Source: Rhina ancylostomus
Taxonomy: Eukaryota
Assembly (NCBI GenBank): GCA_030265395.1
Contig: JARFYF010000029.1
Location: 25,768,480 to 25,832,479 of the forward strand
Length of the DNA stretch: 64,000 bases
Reading direction: 5' to 3'
A model generated the notes under the pieces. That model did not search any database. It was not told where the DNA came from and saw only the letters and a list, made by a program, of their open reading frames with translations. The position numbers and the translations under genes are program-made. Each line of letters starts with the position of its first letter. Within the stretch, counting starts at the first letter, position 1. Below are positions 1 to 13,836 of the stretch, one piece after another.

Positions 1-1057
1 GCAAGACCAATTGACATTGGTTTGCTCATTCTTTCAGTGGATTTGGAATGTGGCACTGAGAGTAGTAGAATGACAATTCCAATTCTGACTTGCACAGGCC
101 AGCTCATCTGTACTTAACGCATGATTGTCAGTTACTGTTATTGATTTAAAAACTATTGCAACATATAGTTTATTTACACTTAAAACAAATGGATTGTAAT
201 TGAGTTATTGTATATTTAAATCCACGTAATACTTCTCACAGCTGTTCTTGGCCATTTCAAGTAAATGCAGTCCTTGAACCTGCATACTGATGCAAGGACT
301 GTGGGCAGGTATCCCATTGGTGGGCTCCTTGACATTTTGGATTCCTGTTCAGACCTATCTTTGTGCATGCTTGCATAGGAGCTCCTGACTCTGCAATTAT
401 GCGAGTCCACTTGGAGTGCTGGTTTTTAAACAAGTTTCAGGCCATGTGTGCTTATGATGTTAAAGTGCAGAGAATAAAAGGAGTGTTCAGGTTTGTGCCA
501 TATGTTCCAAAATTCTTTTGTTTTGCTTTGCCTTACTGATTACTTGTTTCATAAATTAGCCTTTTTTTTAACATGCATTTTATTTGCAATCCCACACTTT
601 CATTTCCTCCTCTTTAATCTATGCTGAAATTGTTTCATTTTTGCATACTTGCCTGATATCCTAAACACCATGTTTAGTATTATTGATTTGTCTGCATTGT
701 GTTCTGACTGCAACGATTTGTTTCTTTCAGCACCCCAGCATCAATCACTTTGGCACTCCAGTGCTGGTGGCTTGTCATTCCGACAGGTACCAATACTTAT
801 AAATCTGGCTTAATAGTTTGCTATCTGTCCCAGTGGCACAATAAGCTTTCTATTCTGTTTATGGGCCAGGTTTTAGAGTTGGGGTTAAATGATAATTTTT
901 GCTTTCAATTACAATTAAATTTATTGCACTGAAAAGAAACTTCATTCTGTCCCAGAGCTCTGCAGCTTATTTCTGATTTCATAGCACTTATTAAAGAGCA
1001 TTTAACACATGAAAAGAGGGAGTCGTTGATCTCTACTATTCGGTGAGAAGTATTAAA

Positions 1058-2250
1058 GGTTCAAGATTTACTTTATTGTCATTTCTCTGAGTATTTACAT
1101 ACACAAAAAAACTAAATACTGTTTCTAACCAGCTCACATTAGTGCAACAAAAAGAACAGTGATAAATATCTAAAATAATCTATAAAAACATCTCTAAAGC
1201 AAAACTAAAAATGTATCAACACCACATATTCATATCTGTTAAAGTGCATTTATTTATTAATAAAAAAGTGCTTATTCAGTTCGAGGTGAAGTTCAAATTA
1301 TCAGGTAACTATCAAACTGTTTCTGTATTGGTGGTGGAGTGAGAAGGTTAGGGAGGGTGTGTGTGGAGGGAGAGCTTGTCAGTGGAAGGGAACACAGTCC
1401 ATTTATGATCCTGACTGCTTGTGGGGGGAAAAAGCTGTTCAGCATCCTACTAGATCTAGAGCAGNNNNNNNNNNNNNNNNNNNNNNNNNNNNNNNNNNNN
1501 NNNNNNNNNNNNNNNNNNNNNNNNNNNNNNNNNNNNNNNNNNNNNNNNNNNNNNNNNNNNNNNNGTCACTGACGAGATCCACCACTGTTGTGTCATCAGT
1601 GAACTTAATGATGTAGTTGGTGCTGAATCTAGCAGTACTGTTGTGTGTGAGCAGACTAAACAGTAAGGGGCTCAGGACGCAGCCTTGAGGTGAGCCTGTG
1701 CTCACCGATATGGTTCCTGATGTATGACTGCCAACTCTATCTGCTGCCACTGCGTCAGGAAATTGAGGACCCAATTGTAAATGCCAGTGTCCACCTCTAA
1801 CAGCCTCAGCTTTTCCACCAGCTATTATGGAATGATCGTGTTGAATGCTGCGCTGAAGTCAATGAAGAGGATCCTGGTGTATGTATTCTTCCCCTACAAA
1901 TGTGACAGTGTGAGGTGGAGCAAAGTGGAGATTGCATCCTCTGTGGATTGATTGACTCTGTATGCAAACTGTAGGGTGTCTAAGTTTGCAGGGAAACGGG
2001 TCTTAATATGCTGCATGACCAATTGCTCAAAGCATTTTATTATTATTGGTGTAAGGGCCACAGGGCAGAAGTCATTCAGGCAGGCTGGGTTTGACTTTTT
2101 CGGGACAGGAAGGCACTACTGCCTGGCTGAGCGAGATACTAAAGGTGTCTGCAAAGTCATCCTTCAGCTGCTCTGCACAATCCTTTAAAACACGTCCAGG
2201 AATGTTGTCTGGCCCCGCAGCTTTACATGGGTTGATGCTGGTGAAGGCCT
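1058..2250 (-). mobile_element. Rex1/Babar-type non-LTR retrotransposon, RT and 3' end fragment
   Basis: Minus-strand ORF 1439..1774 reads STGSPQGCVLSPLLFSLLTH...IIKFTDDTTVVDLVS (Rex1/Babar RT motifs). A C-terminal NSFF..QAVRIIN-like motif lies at ~1403-1440 and a tail gacaataaagtaaatcttgaa at ~1060-1080. Interrupted by an N gap. Confidence 0.85.
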
Positions 2251-2719
2251 GTAATATAAGGGAGAATCTGAAGTATCAGAAGGGTAATGAACAGCAAGAA
2301 TATTTTTCATATTTTCCTTTGCTATGTGGGCAATGATAGAAAGACCAAATTTACATTCCACTCTGCAATGGATTGGCTTGCTCAGTTACTTTGGAAGGTA
2401 TTAAGTATCATATGCAGACCAGTCTGGAGCTTTCCCCTCAGGGCAAGTACTTGATCTTTTAGCAGCAATTATTGTCATTTATTTTCTGGCACCACCCCAC
2501 AAGTTAAGTGTTTAATTCTGAAAAGATCAGTATTTTCATGAGGCACACGTTCACTTTGATCTAATTGGTAACCACTTGCCATGAAAATGTTTTATGGGTT
2601 TTAAATGCGCTTCTTCATTTGTGTGCCTTTTTTGGGTCTGGTGTTTCCGAATGCTTTCCATCAAAGGGTTAGAGATGAGGATACTCCCTCATCCCACTAT
2701 ATTTAATTTCAGTCACAAC

Positions 2720-3460
2720 TCCTCCACAAATGAACAAGCCCATGCCTGCCTGCATCAAGACCTAGGTAATGTTTAGGCATGGCTGAGAAGAGGCAAGTAA
2801 TAACTGTATCATAAAAGCACTACATTTCCAACAAGGAGAGTATAACCATCTGTTATTGACATTCATTGGCAATATCTTCCCCCATTATCAATATCTTGGT
2901 GGTTACCATTAATCAGAAAGTCAACTAGAGCAACTGCATAAATACTGTGGTTTCAAGAACAGGTCAGATGCTGCAATTCTATGGCAAATAGCTTGCCTCC
3001 TGACTCCCCAAAATCTTCCACCATCTGTGAGGCACAAGGCAAGAGTGTGATGGAATGCTTCCATTTTGCCTGGGTGAGTTCTAGAGCAAAGCGGCATGCT
3101 TGATTGGCGCTCCATCTGCCACCCTAAGTATTCATTCCCTCCCCTAACAGTGCACAGTGCCTATACACCATTTACACAATGCGTTATTGTTACTTGATCA
3201 GGCTACTCCAACAAGAGCTATAAAGGTGGATATAACCCACAGGTTTCTCTCCAGGTCACACCATCCTGCATTGGAAATGGCTGTTCCTTCATCATCACTG
3301 GATCTAAATGCTAGAATACTGTACTGTGAGAGAATCTTCTACAGAAGAAAGTGCAGCAGTTAAGAACCAGTTAGTTCACCACTAACACCTTAAGGGCAAC
3401 TAGAGATGGGCAATAAATACTGGCCTTGCCAGTTGCACCTAATCTCCCAAATGAATAAAA
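2720..3460 (+). mobile_element. Degenerate CR1/L2-clade LINE 3' fragment
   Basis: Ends in aagggcaactagagatgggcaataaatactggccttgccag...aatgaataaaa. The same 3' motif recurs at ~20283-20330. Confidence 0.6.
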
Positions 3461-6400
3461 TCTATTAGATATTAACGAGTTCATGTGCCAAACAAAACAG
3501 AAGTTAAAAGCAGCAGTGTCTCATTTGCAAAGTTGAATGTTTTGGAGCATTAATTTTGTTGCAAAATCTCTTGTGTGAGAACTGTTAATGCCTCTGAGTT
3601 GACATTTAGGTTTCAGATATATATCTCTAGTCTCTGCAGAAGGCTCACATTTTCCATTTTGACTGTAGCATTTGGCATTCGTAAAATGGCAAAACTTGGA
3701 CCTGTTTTGGATATTATCTACATATTTGTACCACTGCTGATGGGACCTCCTCAAGCCTCCTGTATTTGGTGTGCCAAGTGTTAACTGAATCTTTGCATTA
3801 TTAATTGGCTTCAGAGAAAAATGAAGATATTTATGTCCATTGTTCAAAAGTTTAATGCAGCAGGATTTTGATGGGCAACTATGAAATAACTCCAGCAGTA
3901 TTTTGTTGTTTGCATTCTGTGAAACTGTGGCAGTTGATTTTCCACATCTGTTTGTGATTTTGAGATTTAATTTTCCTGAAAACAAAGTCTCCCTGTTCTG
4001 CCGGAGCAATGGAATTTAGCTTGGAGATGGTTAAGAAGAGTGCCCAGATCTCAGCAAAGGGCAGTGCAGTGTATGGAAAACATTTGAAAGTCATTATTTC
4101 TATGACTCTTCATCATAAAAACAGGCACATGCCAACAACATGGGGGCCAGAACTTTTATTTAACCTGAACTGCAAAGTTGGTCTATTTGAAGTCTTGATG
4201 CCAACATTTTTCCTTCAAGAATGAGTGGAATGGGTAAAAGACTGATTTCACACAGCAAAGAATGACCTCTTTAAATGGGAAGGATTCAGAAGATTGTTCT
4301 TTGGCAAGCTGTTTTGCATGGTGGCCATGTGCACTTCCAATTACCAGCACAGTGGGAGCGAGTAGTTTCATAAAGTAACACAGACTTTTAAGCCTTGTTA
4401 ACTGCTGAACATTTATGCCATTGCATCACCTAGATCTGATGGGACTTGAGTTGTATGTTTAGTGTACTTGTGGCAAAATATTTATTCACAATTTGTTGCA
4501 AGAGCAAAGGGTTATCAAACAGGATATTACCACTGTTTTTATAATCTATGAATTTGCATATCATTTGAAAAAGTGCTGTCTGAACAGAACATGTTTTGCA
4601 TTTGTGTAAGTAAATGCCTAGAAATAACATGATTATGAAACCAATGGGAAACTTTAATCAAGCTAAGCTTTCCTTTGTACAGGGCATTTTGGGTTTGATG
4701 GTTGGAGTTTCATTTGCAACAGCTATTTAAAGTTGGGTAAAGGTGAAGGTAGCCTAAAGGGAGTATAGTACATCTTCTAATATAGCCACAAACCATTTTT
4801 TTTAAAGGATTTTCTGAACGAAAATTAGTAGTTTAGGACTCTTCTCCCAAGGAGGTTCTGTAATAACCTTAGCTGGTCAACTTTTGAACTTTGTCGATGA
4901 GTGCTCTTATCGGTTGGTAACTTTTCCTAAATTCTGAGCTGATCTTGTAAAAACTGCTGGAATATGACACTTGCGAATTTCATGTCTTTTGAGATGCTTG
5001 CTAAAATGTCAAGTAATTCCTCAATTTTGGCATTGATATGGGTTAACTGTTTGCCTTTATTGCAATCCATAACACAGATGTTTTCCCCACTGTCCTTCTA
5101 AAGGGAAATCTGACTTTGGATCCAGTCAAGAACAAAATGATACTGATTAAAGCTGATGATAATAGAGCACTTTTCTGGATGTTACGTGACCTGAAGTACT
5201 AAGGGATGGGCTAAATTTTAATGGAACTACATTTTGGAAGAAGAATGTGATAGGTGGCTCCTACAATTTTGCTTGTTTGGTGCAAGCACCCAAAGACGTA
5301 TCTGTATCCTGTTGACTTCCATCGATGTCGTGTGTTGTTAATTGATTGGAATTCTCTCTCTTCAAAATTACACCACAAAACATGAGGAATCAATGCAGTT
5401 CTTTTTAAATTGCATCCTTTTTGAAGTATCTCTTAGTGATGTACCAGATGTGATTTTTAAAATCCCAACTAAATGCTTGTCTAGTGTTCTAAGACCAAGT
5501 TTGATAGCATTTGTTTGAGAAAGGTAGAATGGTCACTCTAAATTGGGCACACATCAACAAACATAAATGGACTGAACTCCTCTTGTAGTTAAATCCAGTC
5601 CATGTCAATTGAATTTTTCTTTTGCCACTTGCATTGAGAACATCATTAGGAACAATTATTTTGTGATAGTGGGACTGTTTATGGGGACCGAAGGGGACTG
5701 ACCTATCTCGTTTCATTTTGTGGCCCAGTTTAATTTTTGCAGATGTGGCCAATGCTTCTGCCATGCTATATGACAGTCCATTAATAGAAGAATCACACCT
5801 ATTGTGCTAATTAGTTTTCCACTGTATCTTTATTATCAACACTATATCTAGGAGAAACTCAGGCTGTCTAGCAAGAACCTAGCAGGACAACAGAAATTAT
5901 CATTCTTATTACGTTGAGTTAAAATTTTCATAATGTAATGTGGCATCTTTGTCTGGTATGGGATTTAGTTATCCCTGTGTGCCTGGACAGCTGCAAGATA
6001 AAAAATAATGATTTCTTTGACATATTTTGTTCCTGTAAGCATGAATACTTGAAAATCCAGATGTACCATTTATCCAAGAACTGCTAGTATCCATGATAGT
6101 ATTTTGGCACTGTCTTCTGCTTGGAAGGGATAGATTTTAAGTTTGGAGGGGGAAAAGAGGCTGCAAATGTGGAGCTCTTGTGGTCCAGTTGAATGTACAG
6201 AACTGGCATGATAAACCAATTAATTTGAAAAGTGCATGAGCAGCTGTTTCAATAGGAGCAGGGGTGCAGCTAGGAATATCCTTTTGTGACCAGATTCTCA
6301 AAAGTGGAAGTTAAACATCTGTAACCTCCTATAAACTTCCTCAGTACAGTGTGTGTGTGTGTGAACACTTGCCAGGATTTTGTTCTTTTGAACTGTAAGG

Positions 6401-6538
6401 CGAACATATTATAGAATAAACTGTTGCCTTCAGTTAACATACTATTTCATCCAATTCCTTGTACACAAAACTCTTCCTCTTTTAGAGGAAACTTATTTTT
6501 AAAGTTGTTCAGCAGTATTGACTGGGTCTCCTGCTTCA

Positions 6539-7196
6539 TGTTATGAGCCAGGTTGCTATTTGGTGAGTGTCGCCTTAAGGCACTTGGACAGTAGAGTAGG
6601 TGTGTGTGTGTGTGTGTGTGGTGTCATCAAGACAACAAAACCATAACAACATGCTGGCTGTTTTGCTCAGCGAGTCGAGGAGAGAGAGACACTGACTGCT
6701 GGTCTCTGTATCAATGGATGAAGAACAGTAGCTGTGTCTCTCACTACAATCCATGTATGGATTTCTGGAGCAATCAAGTGGAGTCAACTTTGTCATTAAC
6801 CTGTACCGGAAAACGGGTATTTCTGTGGACGGCCATGTACTGAATGCCTTCAGGTGGCAGATACTTCGGAACAAAGCAGTGGAGATCATCAGAGATTGAG
6901 GTGTCGTATGGGTTCCATCGTGGAACACGTGGATTTCGTAATTTCTCTCTACATTTTCTCTTCAGTCAATGGTGGCTTTGCAAAAGCCTTTGCTCACGTT
7001 TTCACCTGATGACTTGCTAAACTGAACTTTGAGAACTATTCCTTGACTTGGAGTTTGGGAATTTGCCCCAGGGAGCTTATTAGTTTTGGGGTTAATGTTG
7101 AATATCTAATGTTTTTATTATCACAGTAGTTATTAATAAAATAGTTTCTAACACCTATACATGACTCTGTGTTTCTATTGTTGCTCGTACGTAACA
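6539..7196 (+). mobile_element. Solo LTR (Gypsy/ERV-like) with 4-bp TSD
   Basis: Starts TGTTA (6539) and ends TAACA (7196), flanked by direct repeat TTCA at 6535-6538 and 7197-7200. Internal AATAAA at ~7135 and a (GT)n tract. The 3' part aligns by eye with 46290-46443. Confidence 0.85.
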
Positions 7197-8179
7197 TTCA
7201 AAAAATAATGAAATAGCCCTTCATTGTCTATCAGTAGTGTCAGTAATACAGCATTGCAGAAATGTGTAATTTTCTAATGTATTTGGTATAAGGTGCAGGA
7301 TGAATACATTTTGTCACCTTTATTTAATAAACTTGTTTGGTAATAGCTGTGATATTTTCTTTGTCACAGATAAATTCTTTGATTTATATTCTTCCTTTTT
7401 CCATGTGAACCTGAAATAGAAGAAATGGTGTGCTCTCTTTGAAAGAACTTCATTATAAGAAAATAAAAAAAATAGAAAATCTACTGAACTGTTTTGTTGT
7501 TTAAATACATTCTTTTTCAACCTTAGCTGAATGGGAACAGTTTTAGCTCTGTGCCAAGGAGAGTAGCAAGTCTGCTGATCATCGTGCAGAACTACTCAAT
7601 GTTATGGAAATTTTTGATTTTGTTTTTCTCTGAAATAACATTTTTGCAATGGTACTTCAGAACTGAGCATGGTGTTTTTGTTAATATCTGCTAATAGTGG
7701 AAGTTTGCCATACTTTTGCTATCTGTATGCTGAATGACTTGGGGGTAGAAGTGGAATTGAATGGTCTAGAAATGTATTTTGGTTTTCTGGATTGACCTTG
7801 TGCTGTTCAGCTGTTTCCTACTTAAAACTTTTATTTGGGAAAAGAAGTAAGAGAGGAACAGATTGTTCATTTTGAATTGACTCTCTAGTGAAGAGTGTAA
7901 TGTGTGATATTTTAATTTGCATTATTCCATGATTATGTAATGAAGAAAACTATATGAAGATTTATGTATATTCATTGCCAATCTAGATAAATTAACCTTT
8001 TTAAAGACACAGCCCCATAAAATAATTTGGTCTTGAGCACATTAGACAAAAATGTTAAAGTTGTCTAATAACATTTTCTATTGTTGTAGCAGTGTAACTT
8101 TTTAACACCCATGTTTCATGTGTGTTGCAACAACTTTCATGTATAACCCCTTTTAACTAAGTGAGAATTGGATGTTGAG

Positions 8180-8530
8180 ATTTTTTTGTCCTCAGTAAGA
8201 TATGGACGTTGCTGGTGTGGAACTGGGGTTGTGGTGCTTGAGCTCTTCATTCCCAGCAGTGACGAGCCACTCATAATGTTGTCAGATAGGGAGTTCCAGA
8301 GTATTCTTATCTAGTGATGCTGGATATCTATTTTGAAATGGGATACAGTTTGGAAAAGACCTTGCAGGTGGTGGTGTCCCAATTTATCTATTGCCTGCGT
8401 CTTTCTAGGTGGTAGGGCATGCGAGTGTGACATTTCCTTGCGGTGCAGCCCATGGATAGCACATACTACAGCTTTGGTGCAGTAAGGGGGAAAGAGATGA
8501 ATTTTAAGGTTGAGTTTAGGTGCTGACACT
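8180..8530 (-). mobile_element. Degenerate LINE 3' fragment, probably the same family as 2720-3460
   Basis: Resembles the reverse complement of that family's 3' end (ttttttgtcctcag...gggagttccaga...ggtggtgtccc...ctaggtggtag). Confidence 0.5.
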
Positions 8531-8579
8531 ATTACCTATTTCATCCTTCAAGGTTTTGAATTTTGGAGTGGTTTTGGAG

Positions 8580-11000
8580 CTAAGATCAAATAGACATTGG
8601 GGTAAATGACACAGAAGATAACAGACTGAAGTTGGGTTTTGAGGAACTATGTGGGGAAATTATTGAAGTTTGAGTGTTGAGAGATAATGATGCAAGGGTC
8701 CATCACCGATGGTAGGATGGGAATTTGCACAGAAGTCGTAGGTTGGCAGATGTTGCTTGTGAATTGGGAAATGATGTGGGGTATGGTTTCGGAAGAAGAC
8801 TGGGGAAGAGCATGTAGGAATTTAGAGAAGTGAGAATTTCAACAGCATTGTGGTAAGCTGTTTGACTTCATTGAAAAATGATTAAAGCAGGAGTGATCTG
8901 TAAATGGGACTTGGTGTGGGATTTAATTCAAATGGTAATGTTCCAGATGAAGTGGAAATTCGGGTCCCTGTATATTAAGGAATATCATGACCAGTCAGTG
9001 AAGGAGCATTTGGGATGATATTGAGAGTCTTGACTCCATACATTGGGAAGTCACAGAAGCTCTACGTTAACATGTAAGGAAAGCACCATCTTGCAAACTA
9101 TTCATCTACTTATCCTGTCTGCATTTCCCACTTTGACCTGCTCAGTCACCTCAGAACCCACAAAGCTGGAGTGGAACCATGTCCTTGTTGATCTTGAGGT
9201 ATTGCCAAAATGATAGATAAATATCGGTGGAGAATGCTAGAATTAGTATCTTGGTAGTTGGGTTTGGATCGTGGGCACAGTTAAACAATGTAGCAGAGAT
9301 GTATGGAAGTGGCCTGGAAGTATCAGAGAAATTCAGTTTTGAACTACTTTGAATCAAAAAGAACTACTGGTACGTTGTCCGATTTTAAATATGTACATGG
9401 GATGAGTGTGGTCTGAGGGTCAGATTTGTCATTTAGGACCAAATTCATGCAAGTGTCAGTTCTTAGTTCTACGCTTTTAGTTCCATTGACCTCAGTGGAG
9501 TCAAATCTATAGGGGATAACTACAACTGGCAGCAAAATAGCTCACGTTCATTGAGTGTTATCCTCCACTTTGAGAATTGTTCAGCTGGAGAAAGTAGCAA
9601 TTCATTTGTAATTTGGTATCAAATAGTTATGTGGCTAAAACTAAATTTTTAAAAAGATAATGGTGCTGTATTAAGGATCACAGTTTGTAATCATTTTTTT
9701 TAGAAAACATAATTTTTAATAATTCCAGCAGAAGTCCCAAGCATGGATTTTCCTTTATTACATGTCATATTTTGTGGTTACACTGTCGGTTCTCCACATT
9801 CTTTGGCGATATCACCTGGAAAACAAAACATGAGGGTGGGATCCACATGTAATACAGACTGTCAGCTCAACTTAACCATCTCCTCTCTCTACCCCTCCAC
9901 TCTGTGTAAATTGCTAGATTGCTCATCAGGCAAGCATTACATCATTACTCAATCTAATTTGGCTATAAAGTTCATTCCATCCACCAGTGCCATTTCTCTC
10001 CTTGGCAGTTGTCTGAAGCTGAACCAGACCAGTAGTCCAAGATGAAATTCAAAGCACATAGTTATTGCCTATTTTCATTTCCATAATATTTCCCATATTC
10101 TCCCTACTTTAGCTCATGTGCTCAAATCTTTGTCCATAATTTTGGCACCTCAAGATGTGACTGTTCTGTTGAAAAATAGATTTAAAAAAAGTCAAAAAAC
10201 TAGGGAATGTAATACCTCAACACACAACTGGCATTTATATAATGTATTTTAAGTGGTTTCACAGGAACTTTGAGTTTCACACTGAGCTGCAAAAGAAGAG
10301 AGTGCAACTTTTTTTTGCATCTTCTACCCTTTTGAAAACGTGCTCTTCCTAGCCTCCACTGCCCATTTCCTAACAGAACAATTCAATTTACCCATCAGTC
10401 TGTCTAATAGCCATGAGGATAATGGTTACTTTAAGGATAAAGAATAACATCATGTGGTTAATCATTGACACACTGTGTCATGGTTGTAGCTTAATTTGAA
10501 GACTGAATGCCACAATAAATGTTTTGTTTAGACATGGAACATCAAGTAAGTGAATGAGTCAAAGTGGGGCATAGGCTAAGATTGGTTCAGGAGGAACCTT
10601 GGGATACTACGTTGGTGAAAAAATGGGATATAAACATGTCACAGGTTGCTGAAAGTAAGAATGGGTGAGTTTCCAATTTTGTGAAGGAATGGTAAAATGA
10701 AAGGCACTAAAACACTAAGATTAGTGCAGACAAAAGGGAGTTCAATGAGATGACAGAAGTGGCACTTGAGCTATATTGGAAGGTTCAGGGAAACACTAAG
10801 TTGCACTTTGCATTTGTGTGGAGAATTCAGATATGTTTTTTCAAGGTTAAGATGTGTGGGTTAAGTGATGTGTAAACACAAGCCAAACTCTTTAGCACCC
10901 AGCAACTTCTGAGAAAGCAATGCAAATTGCAGTCTGAGAAACCTGGAGGAATTTTGGTCTGTATAAGGTGCAGATGGTAGTTTATTGGGCAAAATTGGTG
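8580..11000. mobile_element. Cluster of highly decayed L2-like fragments on both strands
   Basis: ORF 9743..10045 has DCQLNLTISSLYPSTLCKLLDCSS, resembling L2 RT after the YADD motif. Purine-rich minus-strand blocks at ~8600-9000 and ~10500-11000. Reverse L2/Deu-type tail gcatttatata at ~10230. Confidence 0.4.
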
Positions 11001-13814
11001 GAAGAGTTATAACAGCATCAGCTATGTCTTCTCCATCAGGATCTAGTCAAACAGGAAACCAGCTTATCAGAGGAATGCAAGGCACAGGCAAAGCCCTGTT
11101 ACCAATATCAGGTGATAGCTTCTGTCTTCCCATTTAAAGCAGCTGCTGTTACATAATTGCAGACAAATTGGACACCTGGTGTGAGTTTGCAGTAACAGGC
11201 AGAATGTGGCATGCAGAGAATTGTGATCCATGGTTTGCTTTGAGACGAGGAAAGATGCCTACCAGGGAGGTGCTATGAATACCTTTTGAAGCTATAGATG
11301 TAACTGAGAAATGCATGCTGACTGATACTTGTGCCACAGAATACAATATGACAAAGAATGCAGCAAATTCGAAACTACCATTTAAAATAAAGGTCAGGAC
11401 ATTATAATCAGTGTGGATATTGAAGTAGATATCTCAGTTACAGGTCAAAATAAAACTCCATAGGCTTAATTTTAGACAAACTCCAGAGAACTGTTGTGGA
11501 TAGTCTAAGAAGTGGCATTTTGGCCCAAGGTAATAGGGATGTTGGGCTGAAATAAATGTGGCAGAATACACCTAGAAACTGAAGGTGTTAGGCAGGGTTA
11601 AAGCATTTATGACCAATGCATCTTTTTAAGCTCATCGCTTGATGAAATAGGAAGACTGATCTTTTTCACCAGTCACTTGCTTTACCTTTTGATTCAGCAC
11701 ACAGAAAAGAGATGAGAGAGAGAGAGCTGTTTCTTGCCTCCACTTGTACCATGAGCAGTGCCCAGTAGGTCAGTGCCAGGAAAGAGTGTGGCTGTGTAGG
11801 AAAGCATAGCAGGGTCAGACAGCTTGGAACATGTAGTGTGAAAGCTGCAGCAGAACATGCAAGACAAATAGCTCAGTTGTTTGGAGTAGAGAACCATAAA
11901 GTGTACAAAGAGCCAGTTGAGAGTGGAATGCTACTTAAAGTGACAATGTACCAAGGAAAAGTGGAAAATGATGGTTGTGGCTTTCAGTGCTTGCAGAGAA
12001 CCGAAAACAAGGGAAACAATTCAGAAATCCTCTAACTGTTCTCAGTGCCTTTTTCAGATAAAGGACTGGTAATGTGAGGTTCCTACTTTGAAACTGACCC
12101 TGGGAATGTGTATCTTGCAAGCAAAGAATATTTGGGTGAAATTGAAAGTGGGAGCATGACAGTGTAAGGGTCCAGAAAGACTCAGATTTCATTTGGAATT
12201 GAGAAGTAAGGAGTAGCCATGCTGCAAGTGACAAATGGGACCATTTCACGGAGAGAGTGGAATAAATGCTTCTGAAAGGACCTGCTGGGGTCTCTTGAGT
12301 TTTGAAAGATGACAAAGGCAGCAATAGCATGGGACAAGGCTGATTTTGGATAAGTTGGAACAGAATCTGGGGCCTAGTAGCTCTAATGAAGGAAAGGTTC
12401 ACATCAAGGCTGACAGGGATCTCTCACACAGCCTGAAGCTGTCCTTGGCCATACTGCTAATCATGGAGCTTCTTACAAGCATCAACCAATTGTAGATGGA
12501 NNNNNNNNNNNNNNNNNNNNNNNNNNNNNNNNNNNNNNNNNNNNNNNNNNNNNNNNNNNNNNNNNNNNNNNNNNNNNNNNNNNNNNNNNNNNNNNNNNNN
12601 NNNNNNNNNNNNNNNNNNNNNNNNNNNNNNNNNNNNNNNNNNNNNNNNNNNNNNNNNNNNNNNNNNNNNNNNNNNNNNNNNNNNNNNNNNNNNNNNNNNN
12701 NNNNNNNNNNNNNNNNNNNNNNNNNNNNNNNNNNNNNNNNNNNNNNNNNNNNNNNNNNNNNNNNNNNNNNNNNNNNNNNNNNNNNNNNNNNNNNNNNNNN
12801 NNNNNNNNNNNNNNNNNNNNNNNNNNNNNNNNNNNNNNNNNNNNNNAGTAGGGATGAGCAGCCTCCTCCCTACTGGATGGGTAATGGGTAAAGTGCATCA
12901 AAAGCAGTGAGTGTAGAGGGTTCATCAGAGGAGATGGGAGAACTTGCAAAGATGTTAGTGGGCCTCTAACATATGAATTGGGACAATATTGATTTGAAGA
13001 TCTGGAGCAAAGTGGGGATATAAAACAAAGGGATGCCATAAGGAGGTTTTGGGAGAACTTAAATTTCTTACCAGTCCAGTTTCCATACTTCCTACTGTAT
13101 TTCACCCATTTGTACCAAATCGATCAGCCAATTTCTTAGTGGTACATCATTACAGTTGTTACCAGCTTGCTTTCAGATACTGAGTACAAAAGAACCTGCA
13201 TTGTGTTTAAAGTTGAGTTTTTGTGTCTAAATGTGCAACAATTTCTTGGATGTAATCAGATTTGCAAGTTTATTTCTAAATGTAACCAAACATACACATT
13301 TATAATTGACCTATCTTATTAGTGCTTATTAGCCTTCATTGCAAATATTTGTTTTATCTGATGCTGTGTCTAAGTGACTGAGTGAAAATGATGCTAAGCT
13401 CTAGACTAGTTTAGAAGAACCTTTCAATAGATGACATACCCAAATATGTGCTACTGTCTCCCAGTCTGACTTCACCTCTCTGCTTCTCCATTCATCACCC
13501 CTTCTCCATGATATTCCTTTGAACCTGTCCTAATTAGCTTATCAGCCCTAATGTTCCTTATGCAGCTTGTTAACTTTTTTGCTGATGTACTTAAGACTTG
13601 CCTTGTAATATTGTTGAAAGTTCTGTATATTGGATGAGTCCTTGTTCATTTTCTCAAATGAANNNNNNNNNNNNNNNNNNNNNNNNNNNNNNNNNNNNNN
13701 NNNNNNNNNNNNNNNNNNNNNNNNNNNNNNNNNNNNNNNNNNNNNNNNNNNNNNNNNNNNNNTCTGTATAAATAAAAACCATCACTGAACTTGTCTGTTT
13801 TAGAGTAAAAGCTC

Positions 13815-13836
13815 TGTGTGTGTGTGTGTGTGTGTG
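13815..13836. repeat. (TG)n microsatellite
   Basis: Perfect TG dinucleotide run. Others occur at ~6350-6363 and 6600-6620 (TG) and 46144-46167 (GA). Confidence 0.9.

Noticed and set aside
3521-4009. Longer ORFs in the track (162 aa at 3521-4009, 155 aa at 11935-12402, 172 aa at 30158-30676, and ORFs spanning N gaps)
   Set aside because: No recognisable domain or exon structure. They often use non-ATG starts or are inflated by N runs, consistent with chance or decayed repeats.
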